A stretch of DNA of 64,000 bases from Chiloscyllium plagiosum (Eukaryota). Shown piece by piece: positions 13,955 through 26,656 of this stretch. The notes under the pieces are model-generated. The model was given only the letters and a program-made list of their open reading frames with translations, had not been told where the DNA came from and searched no databases. Each line of letters starts with the position of its first letter. Position 1 is the first letter of the stretch. The position numbers and the translations under genes were made by a program. The stretch covers positions 52,180,238 to 52,244,237 of the forward strand of contig NC_057718.1 in the NCBI RefSeq assembly GCF_004010195.1, in the 5' to 3' direction.

Positions 13955-14887
13955 TTCAATGCTCCTTGTCATTTATATAAATAATTTGAATGTGAATATA
14001 TGAGGTACGGTTAATAAGTTTGCAGATGACATAAAACTGGTGATGTAGTGCACAGTGAGGAAGTTTATCTCAGAGGACAGCAGGATCTTCATCAGTGGGA
14101 AAATGGGCCGAGGAGTGGCAGAGGGAGTTTAATAGATAAACGTGAGGTGTTGCATTTTGGTAAGGTATACCAGGAAGCAACTTATAGTAGGGCCCTGGGG
14201 ACTGTTGCCGAACAAAAAGACCTAGGGGTGTAGATGCATTGTCCCTTGGAAATAGAGTCACAGGTAGAGAGGGTTTGGCATGCTTGCCTTCGTTTGTCAA
14301 TACACTGAGTATAGAAGTCATGCTGCAGCTGTACAGGGCATAGGTGAGGCCACTTCTTAAAAACTATATTTAATTCTCATCTCTGTGCAACAAGGAAAGA
14401 TGTTGTTAAACTTGAAAGGGTTCAGAAAAGATTTGTAAGTATGTTGCCGAGATTGGAGGGTTTTAGCCATACAGAGACGCAAAATCGGGCGAATTGCGGC
14501 TTTTTTCCCTGGACCATCAGAGGCCAAGTGGTCACCTTATAGAGGTTTATAAAATCAGAGAGGCATGCATTGAGCAAATAGCCAAGGTCTTTTCCCAGAG
14601 TAGGGGAGTTCCAAAAATAGAGGGCGTAGGTTTAAGGTGAGAGAGGAAAAACTTGAAAGGGACCAGAGGGTGGTGCGTAGAATGAGCTGCCAGAGGAAAT
14701 GGTGGAGGCTGGTACATTTACAACAATTAAAAGCTATCTGGATGGGTATATGAAAAGGAAAAGATTTAAAGGGATATGGGCCAAATGCTGGTAAATTGAA
14801 CTAGATTAATTTAGGACACGTAGTCAGCATGGACAAGTTGGATAAAAAGCTTTGTTTCTGTGTTGTACAGCTCTATGACACTACGAC
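13955..14887 (+). mobile_element. CR1 LINE, 5'-truncated degenerate
   Basis: LLVIYINNL, aagtttgcagatgac (KFADD), EVLHFGK; tail ctctatgacactacga. Confidence 0.93.
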
Positions 14888-15169
14888 AAAATAAATTTCG
14901 CTTCATTAATGTATTCCAAGAACATGTCATAGGGAAAGAAAAATAGGTAAGTGGAGAAAGGATAAAAATAAATAGATATAGGTGAACAAATCAACTTCAT
15001 GAAAAATGTTGGCAAACAAAAAATGTTCAGCCTGAGGGAAGTGTTTATTCATATGCTGAAAATTTATTTTGTAAGTACACAAGGTGTGTCCTAGTGCTTG
15101 TTTTGCTGAAGGTATGAAAAAATACTCTTATGAAAGCTGGTGTTAATATACAGAATTTTTTTGAAAAAT

Positions 15170-15298
15170 TAAGCATCTTCCAACTTCTTCACATTCCTTT
15201 CAGAATGTGTTCTTCTTAACAGCAAAAAGGTGCTGTGGTCATCTTTATAAATAGCAAATTTTCCTGACCAAAGAAAATTGCTTCCTACTGTGTAACAC
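15170..15298 (-). pseudogene. Candidate pseudo-exon resembling kinase subdomains I-II
   Basis: Acceptor gttatatgcag| then CYTVGSNFLWSGKFAIYK...NVKKLE, similar to LGxGxFxxVYK...VKKL. Confidence 0.3.
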
Positions 15299-15448
15299 CT
15301 GCATATAACTGTGTTTTTAATGCTGTTGCTACAAGTAAATTCTCTTCCCCTCATCCCTCCTCCCAAGTTTACATTGAACGATTGGATAAACAAACTTCAT
15401 TAACACTATCAGACCTATGGTTAAAAAAGACATGTGTGTATTTTTATG

Positions 15449-15666
15449 AAGTTAAAAATCACACAACACCAGGTTATAGTCCAACAGGTTTAATTGGAAG
15501 CACACTAGCTTTTGGAGCGTCGCTTCTTCATCAGGTGATATCACCTGATGAAGGAGTGACACTCCGAAAGCTGGTGTGCTTCCAATTAAACCTGTTGGAC
15601 TATAACCTGGTGTTGTGTGATTTTTAACTTTGTACACCCCAGTCCAACACCGGCATCTCCAAATCA
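15449..15666 (+). mobile_element. Penelope-like family B palindromic insertion (inverted terminal repeat plus tail)
   Basis: 91-bp arms 15449-15539 and 15540-15630 with ~5 mismatches and no spacer; unpaired tail to ~15666; TSD tgtgtatttttat (15435-15447 / 15667-15679). Confidence 0.88.
15542..15576 (+). ncRNA. Minimal type I hammerhead ribozyme motif (cleavage-site base is G, probably inactive)
   Basis: CAC-CTGATGA-A-GGAGT(GAC)ACTCC-GAA-AGCT-G-GTG. The mirror copy at 15503-15537 (minus) has CUA but G12->A. Confidence 0.75.
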
Positions 15667-16229
15667 TGTGTATTTTTATACTATGATTGATGTCAAATTT
15701 TGTCACTTTGGTCACTTACAATTTAATCTTAAACCCAATAATCTTACCAAGCAAAGCTTTATCACAAGGAATTGTTTTGTCAAAGGACAGTGTTATCAAT
15801 TTTTTATAAATATGTTTAAGAAGTGAAAACATCAATTTAACATCTAAAAGGTGGTTAGTAATGATCTCCCGCAGTATTCAAATGAACAGCAATCGAAGTG
15901 TGTATATTATTCTGGTATGACGGAAGTCGTACTAAATATCGTAATATTTTATATAAAGCATGTCTGAGAAAATGCACCACAGTAATTTCCACAAATTTAT
16001 GGGTTCACCTCAGAAATCAATTACTTTGTTTGTCTTTGAATCAGTATTTTCATCACAATAATGGCAGACAGCAAGGTACATTAAATCATAATGCATTAAA
16101 TAAAAATCTTGAAAAACATTGAAAAGAAGGAAAAAGACCCTCCATGACAAGGCTAAGCTGGTCTTTTCTTTACAAATGCTGGGGACATTGTTGTGCATTG
16201 CAAGCATTTACAGCACTGGTTCTCCTTAC

Positions 16230-16483
16230 CATTTTTTTCTGCCATGTAGTGTTGGAGGTATATGAATTGATTACGTTGTACTCCCGTATTTGTTGGTTGC
16301 ACATTGGTTGTAAATGTTCCTTCCTTTTGCTAGAAGATTTGCATTAGCATTATTAGTGGCCAGTCTGGCTGTAGTCGAAGTGAGTCCAATACCTTTCAAG
16401 ATAGGATTTGTAGCCATTGTAAATGGGATACTAAATGGCAAAAAACTGTCACTGTCACTGAGTTGAATGCATCTGGCATACAC
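16230..16483 (-). pseudogene. Candidate pseudo-exon, death-domain-like
   Basis: tctctcctag|GTG...AATG|gtaagg; ILKGIGLTSTTARLATNNANANLLAKGRNIYNQCATNKYGST then, frameshifted, NQFIYLQHYM. Confidence 0.45.
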
Positions 16484-16594
16484 CTAGGAGAGATCATGTC
16501 CTCTTGACCTTTATGAACTGAGTCAAGGAGTCTTTGAAGTTTTACAATCCATGAGTTTTCTATCGCCAGTTTCCAAACAAATAGAAACACTTAC

Positions 16595-16681
16595 AGTGGT
16601 TTTCCCAAACCATTTCGAGCAGCAAAGGTATCGTAATATGGATGCAAATGATTTCTTTGTCACAGCAAGTGGTATTACTAT
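16595..16681 (-). pseudogene. Candidate 87-nt exon
   Basis: ttgtcattgtgtag|...|gtaagt; open in phase 0 (IVIPLAVTKKSFASILRYLCCSKWFGKTT) and in frame with the next candidate exon across a 111-nt intron. Confidence 0.45.
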
Positions 16682-17171
16682 CTACACAATGACAAATTAA
16701 AGTGTGGAGAACTACTGGGAGTGATATCACTCATGTCATGGAGACTGAAGTGCTGTGCTCCAGTACTACTCTTATTGTTTTTCATTACTGTGTTTAACAA
16801 AGAAAATTACTTTTTGATTTCTGCTGCTGCAGCCTCAGTTAAGCTTGCATCACCATAAAACACAGTTGGCCTACTAGATATATTGGATCTCCATTCCAAA
16901 CCAATTGCCATTTAAGCAACTTAATCCATTGCTATTTCTTCCTCACCAGCGTTTGGTGTCTTATCCCTGTGTGTTTACTTCTCCATAATTATATCATATT
17001 TTCATTTTTATCTGTATTAATCCCTAGTTTTAAGTGGCATTTTGATATAGCTTGCATGTTGAATGTCTTTGATATGTGACAAGATTAGAAATTATGAGTA
17101 ATTAAGTGAATATCTCTATTTACCTACTCTTACACTATCACATGCTCTTCTGTTTAGTCAATGTGATTGCA

Positions 17172-17195
17172 CAACACCGGCATCTCCAAATCATG
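17172..17195 (+). mobile_element. Isolated PLE family B tail
   Basis: caacaccggcatctccaaatcatg is identical to the tail at 15645-15668. Confidence 0.7.
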
Positions 17196-17399
17196 TTCAC
17201 ATGATACACTGTGCACTTTGTAAACATTGTTCTTATCATTACTTCTAGCTTCTTTACCAATCTCAATGGGGTCTGATTGATGTGAGAGCAATGGTGGAAG
17301 ATACTGCAAATTCAGGCAAGAAGCCCAGCAAGCAGCATCTCAATGTTGAGGTCAACCTGTGCCATTTTACAGGCTTTTCCCAAATACTGCAGCAAGTTT

Positions 17400-20300
17400 C
17401 TTGGCAGTCAGTTGATGGGGATTAACATTGTTGAACCGCCTTGCTGAACCAAATTACCACATTAATATTCTGGTTACTCTCTCACTAAACTTGCCAAACA
17501 AGCGGACCTTTGGGAAAACCTGACAACGTGGGTATCTGGTGGGTTTCACTCGCCACCTCCTCCGAATGACCTCCACAGTACCCACAGTCAAACCGCAAAA
17601 ACAGTCGCATCTATCTTTCTTCCACAGACAATGGCATCTGACTTTAAAGAAGCCATCACCATCATCTTGGCATCTTTCCATTGCATTGGCAGTGCACTCT
17701 GCAAATCCAGGTTCGATTGAGCAGGGCACACCAGTAACCAGAGTGAATAGCAGCATTGGCTATAGTTACCATACGGGGACAGGCACCCCAGTCCACAGTG
17801 TGGATCAGACTGCCTACCCCAAATGCTCCCTTATTCTCTCGGTAAATACTCATGTATTGTGGTGCATTACAGCATACTTTGCTTTTCCTTGCCTCCTTGT
17901 GCCTTGCAGTGGCAATTGGCATAATCACACAACCCAGGTGAGTGGCCATGCTGTGCAGCAACCCTCAGTGGAGGATGTGTCACCTTGTCATAAGTCACTG
18001 TGCCACATCAGGCTAGTACCTGTACCACGTGGCAGCAGAATTTGCACCAAACACATAGTGTCTGCAGCAAGCAGCGGGTTTATCTGAGAGGAGCTATCAG
18101 TTGGGGGTGGGGGGTGGGGATCCTGCCTGATCAGTCAGGAGCATCCTCCCATACCATTCCCAGGCCTTGGCCACAGTCAGGCATCAGGTTGGCCGTTCAT
18201 TGCACAGGGGGGACTGTGCCTGTTGACTCCAAGAAGTAGGTCACAGTCATTGCTTTGACACCATAAGAGCCAATTATGGTATGAGGGAGGTCTGCTGCAG
18301 TCAGGGACATGTGTGAGCACCGGTTAGTCAGGTCTGGGTACTGACGCTTGTAGGTCAGGGGTGAGCATGGGGGAACGGGGTATTGGGAATAGGCAGGTCG
18401 AAGTGCATGCAGGTTGCATGTTGGCAAATTGAGCCTTCTCGCCTTCTAAGGATCAGAGCAAGGGCAGGTAGGGTGGAGGGAGAGGGGGAGTGTTTCGCCA
18501 TGTCTGCAGTCTCCTGAGTGGAAACTACTGATGGGACCTGGGTGTGGCTCCTTCACCAGCTAGGTGCCCCCTGAACACCACCATGTCTCCATGTGAGGAG
18601 AATGCACCTGGACTAGGGCCTAGGCTCCCTGCCTTCCCTCTCACCCTATCTTCAGGCCAGAGGATAAGGCCCGGGGCGATGGAATGTACGAAGGAGTGAC
18701 TGAAGATGCCAACCTGTCTCACCATGGCAGATGCTAACCTGTCCACAGAGACAGACAAGTGGTCACAGGGTTGGTTGCATTGCTCCAGCTTCCAACTCAG
18801 CTATGACGCCCAGTGTGGTTCATACAACTGCATTTCTATGAAGGTGTCCATTGTTCAGACTGCAGGATTATCTCCTGCTGGGAGCTCAGCAAGTACTTAG
18901 TGTCTGGCTGTCATGAGCCTGCAGCGTCTCTCCCTCACTCTAGTTGCAGGACCCTCTCTGTGAGGTGCTCAGCCTCCGGGCTTGCACCAAATGTTGCTGT
19001 TGACTCCACCCTGCTGTCAGAGATGGGACAGGGTGTCAGACGCAGCCTTGCCAATGCTTCCTCCAAGGAGCGGTCACTGTCATCACCACGCCCTCCGGGC
19101 CTTGTGCCTGGGTCTCTACCAATGTGCCCTGGTGGGTGGGTGCAGCTGTAACATAGACAAGACAGAAGACGTTGTGGCCAGTTGTTAGAAGAGGTGTTCC
19201 CTGCGGGGCACTGACACCCTGGCCACCTTCGGTGTTGCAGTGGGATAGTAAGTGATACTTACTCAGCTGCCGGTACATGGGCATTTCAGCTTTCATACAG
19301 ATAATGCCCCATACATGGGCAAGGATTCTCTCTCTTAGGAGGCAAGGACACTGATGTCCAGAAACTCCTAACCACCCATCTTTCCTTCCACCCAGTTCTG
19401 GGATGTTTTCTCCTGCAATGATACAAAGAAGGCAAATGAGTAAGGTGCAAGTGGGTGGCAAAGCTATTAGTTCTGGTGCATGTGACAGCAACATCTTGAG
19501 TTGTTCTAAATGAGTGAGACTGCAGTGGACAGGGTACACAGGATTATCTTACGAACAAAGGTTAAACAGGTCAGAACTCTACTCACTGGAATTTAAAAGA
19601 ATGAGAGGTGATCTTATTGAGACAGATAGGATTCTTAAGGGTTTTGACAGAGTAAATACTGACAGAATGTTTCCCCTCATGAGAGACCCTAGGATCAGAG
19701 GATATAGTCTCAGAGTAAAGGGACATCAAGTTAAGATTGAGATGAAGAGGAATTCCTTTTCTCAGAGGAATGTGAGTCTTTGGATCTCCTTGCTACAGAG
19801 AGCTATGGGAAGTGGGGGGTGGGGGGGGGGGGGTGCAGAGTCCTTGGTTATATTTAAGACTGAGAAAGATTTTTGCTTAGTAGCGGAATCAGGGGTGATG
19901 AGGAAAATGCAGGAAAACAGATGAGAGGAATGTTGGATCAGCCACAATCTTATTGAATGGAAAAGCAGGCTTGAAGGGTTGACTCCTGTTCTTATTTCTT
20001 ACAGTCTTATGGACAGAGCCTCTGGAATTCCCTACCACAGAAAGTAGTTGATGCTAAAAAAATTGAATATTTTCAACGAGATAGATACAGGTGTTGGGGT
20101 AAAAAGAATACAAGGGTATGGAGCAAAAGTTGGAACAGGATAGTGAATTGGAGGATAAACCATGACCCTATTGAATGGCAGAGCAGGCTCAAAGGGCTGA
20201 ATGGCCTACTCCTGTTCCTATTTTTCTCAGCTTCTATGTTTTGTGGTATGGGACGGTGACAGTCAGGTGACTGAATGAGGGTAGGTATTGCATGGAACAG

Positions 20301-20880
20301 AAGGAGTATCAGGGCATGGACCTTGATGGGAGGTGGGTGCAGTGGCAGAGATGGAGTGAATGTGAAGTGGTAGAAAGTAGAGTATGGAGCTTACCTTGGC
20401 AGAGTGGAGAAGGTTGTTGATCTTCTTTCTACACAGCAGCCTGGTCCTCCATACCATGGAGATGGCTCTGATCCAGATGGTGATTTGTGAGCAGGCTGGT
20501 ATCATCTGGCATCCTCTGATGGTCCACTGGAAAGAGAACATCTTATTGCTGCACCAGGACCTGTCGGGGCCCTCTCTGAGAAACACAGTGCCATCCTCTC
20601 CTTCTCTGCCATCTGTCCTCACTGCTTGTACAACTGAGCAGGACAGCTGCCAAATGACAGCATTCCTGAAAGTGAGCAGCAGGCATTCGAAAATAGCAGA
20701 GATATGAAGGATGCTGGTCCTGAGCTGCGAGCTCTTCAGGGAACACCATGAGACAAGATGGGGTGGAGATCAGAGATGACACATGCTATGGGGGTGAGTG
20801 GCGAGTTTGGCAAGATTCAGCAAAAAGACTCACTTAACCTCACAGTGTGAAGTACTGCACCAAAGTTGTCATAACCTGTG
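17400..20880 (-). mobile_element. Degenerate PIF/Harbinger element with spliced Myb/SANT-like gene remnant
   Basis: 20396-20600 minus: IPACSQITIWIRAISMVWRTRLLCRKKINNLLHSAK|gtaag; second exon after ttgcag| at ~19412 (EKTSQN..DISVL); weak HARBI1-like N-terminus at ~18225-18330. Outer boundaries uncertain. Confidence 0.65.
19530..20240 (+). mobile_element. Two adjacent CR1 3' fragments inserted in the Harbinger Myb intron
   Basis: GLSYEQRLNRSELYSLEFKRMRGDLIET; two separate 3' UTRs ending ~20010 and ~20240. Confidence 0.9.
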
Positions 20881-20883
20881 CTG

Positions 20884-21088
20884 AGTTAAGATTAGAGTGG
20901 TGCTGGAAAAGCACAACAGGTCAGGCAGCATCCAAGGAACAGGAAAATCGATGTTTCAAACCATTCAAGGGCTCCTGCCCGAAACGTCAATTTTCCTGCT
21001 CCTCGGATGCTGCTTGACCTGCTGTGCTTTTCCAGCACCACTCTAATCTTGACTGATCTCCAGCGTCTGCAGTCCTCATTTTCGCCTA
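20884..21088 (+). mobile_element. PLE family A palindromic insertion
   Basis: Arms aagattagagtggtgctggaaaagcac... / ...gtgcttttccagcaccactctaatctt, tail gatctccagcgtctgcagtcctc; degenerate ~23-bp TSD agttgtcataacctgtgctgagt / agttgattatagcctgctctgatt. Confidence 0.85.
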
Positions 21089-21683
21089 GTTGATTATAGC
21101 CTGCTCTGATTCAAAGGTCCATAATAGGGATCCAGTGTTTTTGAAAACATATGTTATGTCTAAAACTGGTGTTTCCAACATCATGTGTTATCAGTTCTTT
21201 AAAATTATGGAGTTGTGCACTGTTGTGGTACCTTTTATTTATTACCTTTACAAGCAATAGAGTTTGTAGTGAAAATAATGGCATGATGATCAGCGCTCAC
21301 CATTATTTAGCATTAAACCAGACATCAATTTCTGATTCCATGATGTTATGGCAATCATAACGCACAACACATGATAGAAATCAGAATTTGCCTTGCATGT
21401 TTCTTAGCTCATCCAGAGGTTTTGCTCTGCGTCCATCATGCTAAGATATCCATGGAAGATGTCAGTTTAAGATGCCTATCCACTAAAACAAGTTAGGAAC
21501 AGACCGTATAGGCACAACTGAGTTTTAAATATTGTGTTCAGTCACAGCCAACAAGCTCTGCATTGTAAATTTACTTCTAAAAGAGTACAGTTTTGTTCAG
21601 ATTTCTTTTATTTATTTATTTTCAAAATTCAAAGAAGTTAAAACAATGTTTAAACTTTCGCTTTCCATATCTTCTTTCACTTA

Positions 21684-22225
21684 TGATGTGGAGGTGCCAG
21701 TGTTGGACAAAGTTAAAAATCACACAGCACCAGGTTATAGTCCAACAGATTTATTTGGAAGTACTAGTTTTTGGAGCGCTGCTCCTTCATTGGGTAGTTT
21801 ATGATTAAATTAAATTCCCTACAGTGTGGAAACAGGCCCTTTGGCCCCACAAGTCCACACCGACCCTCCGCAGAGCAACCCACTCAGACCCATTCCACTA
21901 CATTTACCTCTGACTAATCCAACTAACACTATGGGCAATTTAGCATGGCCAATTCACCTCACCTCCACTTCTTTGGACTGTGGGGGGAAACCGGAACACC
22001 CGAAGGAAACCCACGCAGATATGGGGAGAATGTGCAAACTCCACACAGACAGTTGCCTGAGGTGGAATTGAACCCTGGATCCTTGGCGCTGTGTGGCAGC
22101 AGTGCCAACCACTGAGCCACCATGCCACCCCTGATCCTGCTCCACAACTACCTGATGAAGGGGCAACACTCTGAAAGCGAATACTTCCAAATAAACCTGT
22201 TGGACTATAACCTGGTGTCATGTGA
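21684..22225 (-). mobile_element. PLE family B palindromic insertion split by a SINE
   Basis: Arms 21716-21800 and 22145-22226; perfect TSD ttctttcactta (21672-21683 / 22226-22237). Confidence 0.85.
21803..22130 (-). mobile_element. HE1-type V-SINE (tRNA-derived)
   Basis: Minus strand: A box TGGCTCAGTGG, B box GGTTCAATTCC, V-domain GGAGTTTGCACATTCTCCCC..GGTTTCC, CR1-like tail. Confidence 0.92.
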
Positions 22226-23744
22226 TTCTTTCACTTAATTCAACTTTCTTGCCTTCTCTTTATTTTTTTTATATATATGATTTGACATTGAGTTAAATAT
22301 TGGCATTCCCTGGTTTGGATGCAGCTTGGAGAACAATCCCAAGCTTGTACAGGCAAGGTCTGATTCAAATTGGCCTGAAAAATTTAAAAAATACAACTGA
22401 CCAGTAAACTGCATGTTCTAATTTCTTCCTGCTTTCCCCAGAGCTGGCTTCAGTGCAGGAATCAAAGAACAAAGAACAATACAGCACAGGAATCTGCTCT
22501 TTGTCAGGCCAAGTCCATGGTGAATGAACTTGTTAATGATTGAATTATCAGCCATTTTCCCAGGGATCTCACCAGTGCCACATAAGATCCAAGCAGAGGC
22601 TGCACGTCAACTGATAGGAGGCTAGGACACAGCAGAAGTCAAACATCAGTGAAAAACAATGGCAAATGTAAAACTATCCATAGGCAGAGGCTTGCATTTC
22701 ATGAAAGCTGCTTGGATATTGCTGTAATGACAAATTATGCGGTGGGGGCAGGACAGTGGGGAAGAAATAACCACCAGTTCTTTCAACCCTCACCTTAAGT
22801 TCAATCTGGTCCTCTCTCTTTAATGCCATTTACTTCAGCATTCACATTACAAGCACAGCGAGGGTCACTGTCCATGCATTCGTGCATACAATGGACCAAG
22901 CTCTTGCCTCTCCGTATCCACTTACCATCATGAACAGGCAGCAGCAACTTCACTCAAATGCTGGAAAATGTAACTAGAAGGTCCTTGTCGCTGGGTATGA
23001 ACATGCAAATAAAACTACTATGTGTTTAAAAATTAAACTTGTCAAATTCAGTCCAGCTTACCCCAATCCGATTAAGAAGTCATTATAGTTTGCCCTGTTC
23101 ATTAACGCTCCAGTGCCCAGAAAGAACATGGCACCATTCTGACTCAAAAGTAGCTTAAGTCACATGGAAAAGTTGACAAAATGAATAAAATTTAATGTCT
23201 TCCCCTCAGATGAGTTTGTTGACAGGAGAACATTTAATCAACCTTTTTGAATCCATCACATTTAAGTTTGGAGTGGAAGGATTCTTGGGTTCTATATTGT
23301 CAACCCCTAGTTGGCAAAGAGTTCACCATGTGGGATGCCTTAAAAGAAAAGCCCTTTGGAGAGAGGGTGCCTTGTTCAAAGACATTTAATGCCTAATTGA
23401 GGAGTCCAGCATTGGACAGGGAGGTGGTGGCTGGGGAGGATTAGGGGTAGGGTGTAGTTGAATCCATTGAGTTTCACTTCCAACCCTTGCAGCCAACATT
23501 GCTCTCCCCATCATGACCATCCCATCTCTCCAGAGCTCACCTGTAGCATGGGTCTCTGCAATCCTCACCCTTGAGTGGACTCATTTGTCAACAACAGATA
23601 CCTCTCCCCCGCTACTCAGCAATGATGAACTGACCATTTCTGGCAGGGCAGTGCACAATGTCACACTTCATTTGGTGGCTCTTACCCTAAAGGGGGCAAT
23701 GGGAGTCTCTTCCTAGCTCTCTTGCTGGTGGATAAGACTCCTAA

Positions 23745-24687
23745 TGCCTCCATTAAATAGAACACAAGCTGTGTGAAAGTGAAAATGTTATGAATGGAGA
23801 GGTGGTTGTTTGCTGCCTGCAGGTCATCATGGCTGAATGCTGTCACTTGGCCTATGAACCTTTCCAACTGCAGCATATTCTCTTTTCTAGAATGAAATGT
23901 GTTATATCATTTGCATTAATTTATTCACTTTCTTCTGTTTCAGTCTTGCTCAATATTTCTATGTCAGCAGAGCATTTGTTTCATGTCACATCCATCTGTG
24001 TCTTGTGCTGTTACTTTACGATAACCTTCATGTCTTTTCTTTTTGTTCTTAATTCATGCGTCTTCTTCAGAGACCAAATGACATGTGCTCTTTTTGCTAG
24101 TTGCAATCATCTCGGCTCTGCTGTGCTGTCACACTGTGTGACAGATGTACATCGAAGAAGTGACTCTTTCTGCACGTTTAAGTCAAATTTTCTCTATTTG
24201 TACTCTGGCATTTCCCTAATAACTGTATAATCCATATTGGGATTGTTGGGATTTTTAACACCTAAATGGTTTCCCAACAGCGTCAAAAGGTCTAATTCTA
24301 ATTCCTTCGAAAGTCACCCAAAAGCCCCTGTGCAGTCTGGCATCTTTTGAGGTGATGGGCATACATGGTCAAGAAAGAAATATAAAAGGAGACGTGCACT
24401 TAAATCACTCACATGCTCAAAATAAACTGGATTTTTTGTTTTTAATTCCCATTGTATGCTGCTAATTAATTGTTGCTCAGAAATGAATTAAAATACTGAG
24501 GTGCTTGATGAATACATTGTTTAGTTCAATGTGTATTTGTTGCATTTTCATGTTTTTACATGTTAGGGAAAATGAGTATATCAACGTTTTACTGTCAGTG
24601 CTCAAGTATTTGTAGTTCAAATTTCCACAGGCAAGAGAAACGAAGAGATATGCATTTTCAGCTCTTTATATATTTTCTTCAGTGCTC
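23745..24687 (-). pseudogene. Candidate pseudo-exon region with two death-domain-like starts
   Basis: Acceptor tactttagcag|; AFG*LSKELELDLLTLLGNHLGVK (~24250-24325); ITHFILEKRICCSW / ERFIGQVTAFSHDDL (~23820-23905). Confidence 0.35.
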
Positions 24688-25857
24688 CTGCTAAAGTAAC
24701 AGTCATACAGAGATAATGACAATAAGCAATGATATCTAGGGTTGGTACATTCAGGCAACGGGCAAGGATCTCTCAGTTAGGTCTCCACAATATGCCTTAG
24801 GCTGGAATCTTGTTACATCATCAGATATCTTCATGGAGAGATTGAAACCACATTTCTACTCATCGGCAGAATGGCCACCCCATACAATTTGATATTCATA
24901 GTCTATAGCAGGATCAGGCAGAGCACCCCACCATTACCTCAAAAGGTCAAAGATCTAGGTGCCATACTTAAAAGGTCAGCCAGGAAGGTATTCCTTCCCT
25001 GAAATCTAGCAGCATCAGTCTGGCAATGCAAGTGGTCTCCTTGCTGCAACCATTGGCACATTTTTCCCAATGGAATATATCTTCCCCTCCCCCAATTACA
25101 TAAAACCCCTGCTATCCCTTACTAATCTGGACATATATCAATAAACAGACAAGTGGCCATGAAGTTTAGCAATGCCATCTTTCAGGTTCTGTTCAAGCTT
25201 ACAGTGAGTGGTTCTGCTTCCCACTGTCTCCTTTTCTGTCTTAGTGAGCTATGTGCCAATTCCCTTGCACATCCGATAATGTATCAATGCCTTCTCTCCC
25301 ATGGTCCAATCAAGCTCTCCATGGAAGAAAGGAAGTTCAGTTCTGATCTTTCCTGCTGTAAATCAACATTGGTCACTCATCCATCTGAAAGCGCATAGCT
25401 CATGTGTACTGCAAAGCTGGTATTTAATCTGGTGAAACGGTTTTAATCAGTATTTTTAAAACTTCATTCATGGGATGTGGGCTTCATTGGCTAGGCCACC
25501 ATTTAGGCACGACATTCTTGTGCATTACAAATGTGTTTCTGTTGCATGCTGTTGGAAAGCTTAATCTAAATTCAATGCACAGTTATATTTATGCCTATGT
25601 TTCAGCCCATTGTTGGAAAGCTGACACTTCGCCTCCAAAACAATTAAGCGTGCATGTCTGTCTCATTTCCTGCTGCTGGTAGCGGCACAAGATTCTGCCC
25701 CTAGACTTAATCTGTAAAAAACACAATTCTACTTTTCATTACCAGTGCAAATTGTTCTACTTCCCTCATTATTTTGGGCATCTCGTGTGAGATTGTTCCT
25801 GTGACATTTATAACAAGGTGTAATCCTATTGCAACAGAAATACTCTGGTATTTTTAT

Positions 25858-26200
25858 TGATTGATTCACTGGATATAAATGTTGTTCAGTAGACCAGCAT
25901 TTATTGCACATTCCCATTTGCCAAGAAGGCTGTTAAGAGTTAAAATTGATATGGGTCCGGAGTCACAGATGGCAGATTTCCAAGTAGGTATGGTTGATAT
26001 CCTTCCCTAAATAACATTAGTGAACCAAATGAGCGTTCATGACAATTGACAGTGGCTACCTGGTCACCATCAGGCTGTTCATTCCAATTTTCTATTCAAA
26101 TTTCACCATCTGTCATAGTGGAATTCAAACTCATGTGTCTAGAATATTAACTTGGGTTTCTGGATTACCAGGTTAGTGACGTTCACACTTTGCTATCACT
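25858..26200 (-). mobile_element. Deu-domain (SacSINE1-like) SINE, degenerate
   Basis: Reverse-complement homologue of 26657-26988, including ccagcatttattgc tail and ttagtgaacc core. Confidence 0.7.
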
Positions 26201-26656
26201 TTCCCTTTTTTAACTTGAGCTAGAGAACAGAATCTTCCAGAACTTTCCCATAAATGAAAGTAATGTAGTCTTCCAGGAAATGTCATTGGCGGAACTCAAT
26301 CCCATGGAAACCCACCAAGTTTGAATTCTGGGATTGCAAGTCCATTTCAAACTCATCCACTTGAAAGTGAGAATTGAAATTGATCTGTGTCACCTGAAGA
26401 GGATGCAAGAATAGAAATTTCCAGAATTTTTCTAGATATTCTTCTCAAAATACCTGATGTAAACCAGGGACATAATGTCCCATTCAACTCAGCCATGACT
26501 GCAGACCAAGCCATATCATAATTTTTGATTATTTTGAAAAGAAAGAAAATACGGGATATTTGTCTCACGACTCTTCATGAAGGACACAGAGTATATCACC
26601 AGATTATTTATAAAGTAGAGTATTTGGCATAGATAGCGTAAAGTAACCACATGTGT

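Noticed and set aside
15449..15630. MITE or miRNA precursor interpretation of the palindrome
   Set aside because: One-sided tail, long variable TSDs and homology to longer single-orientation PLE copies (9620-10290) favour a retroelement origin.
17539..18087. 182 aa plus-strand ORF
   Set aside because: Lies in a decayed GC-richer transposon remnant; no motif recognised.
22060..22130. tRNA gene
   Set aside because: A and B boxes belong to a SINE head fused to V-domain sequence; no complete cloverleaf.
23790..24230. 146 aa hydrophobic plus-strand ORF as a membrane protein
   Set aside because: T-rich composition explains the hydrophobicity; no recognisable family, and the opposite strand looks more coding-like.
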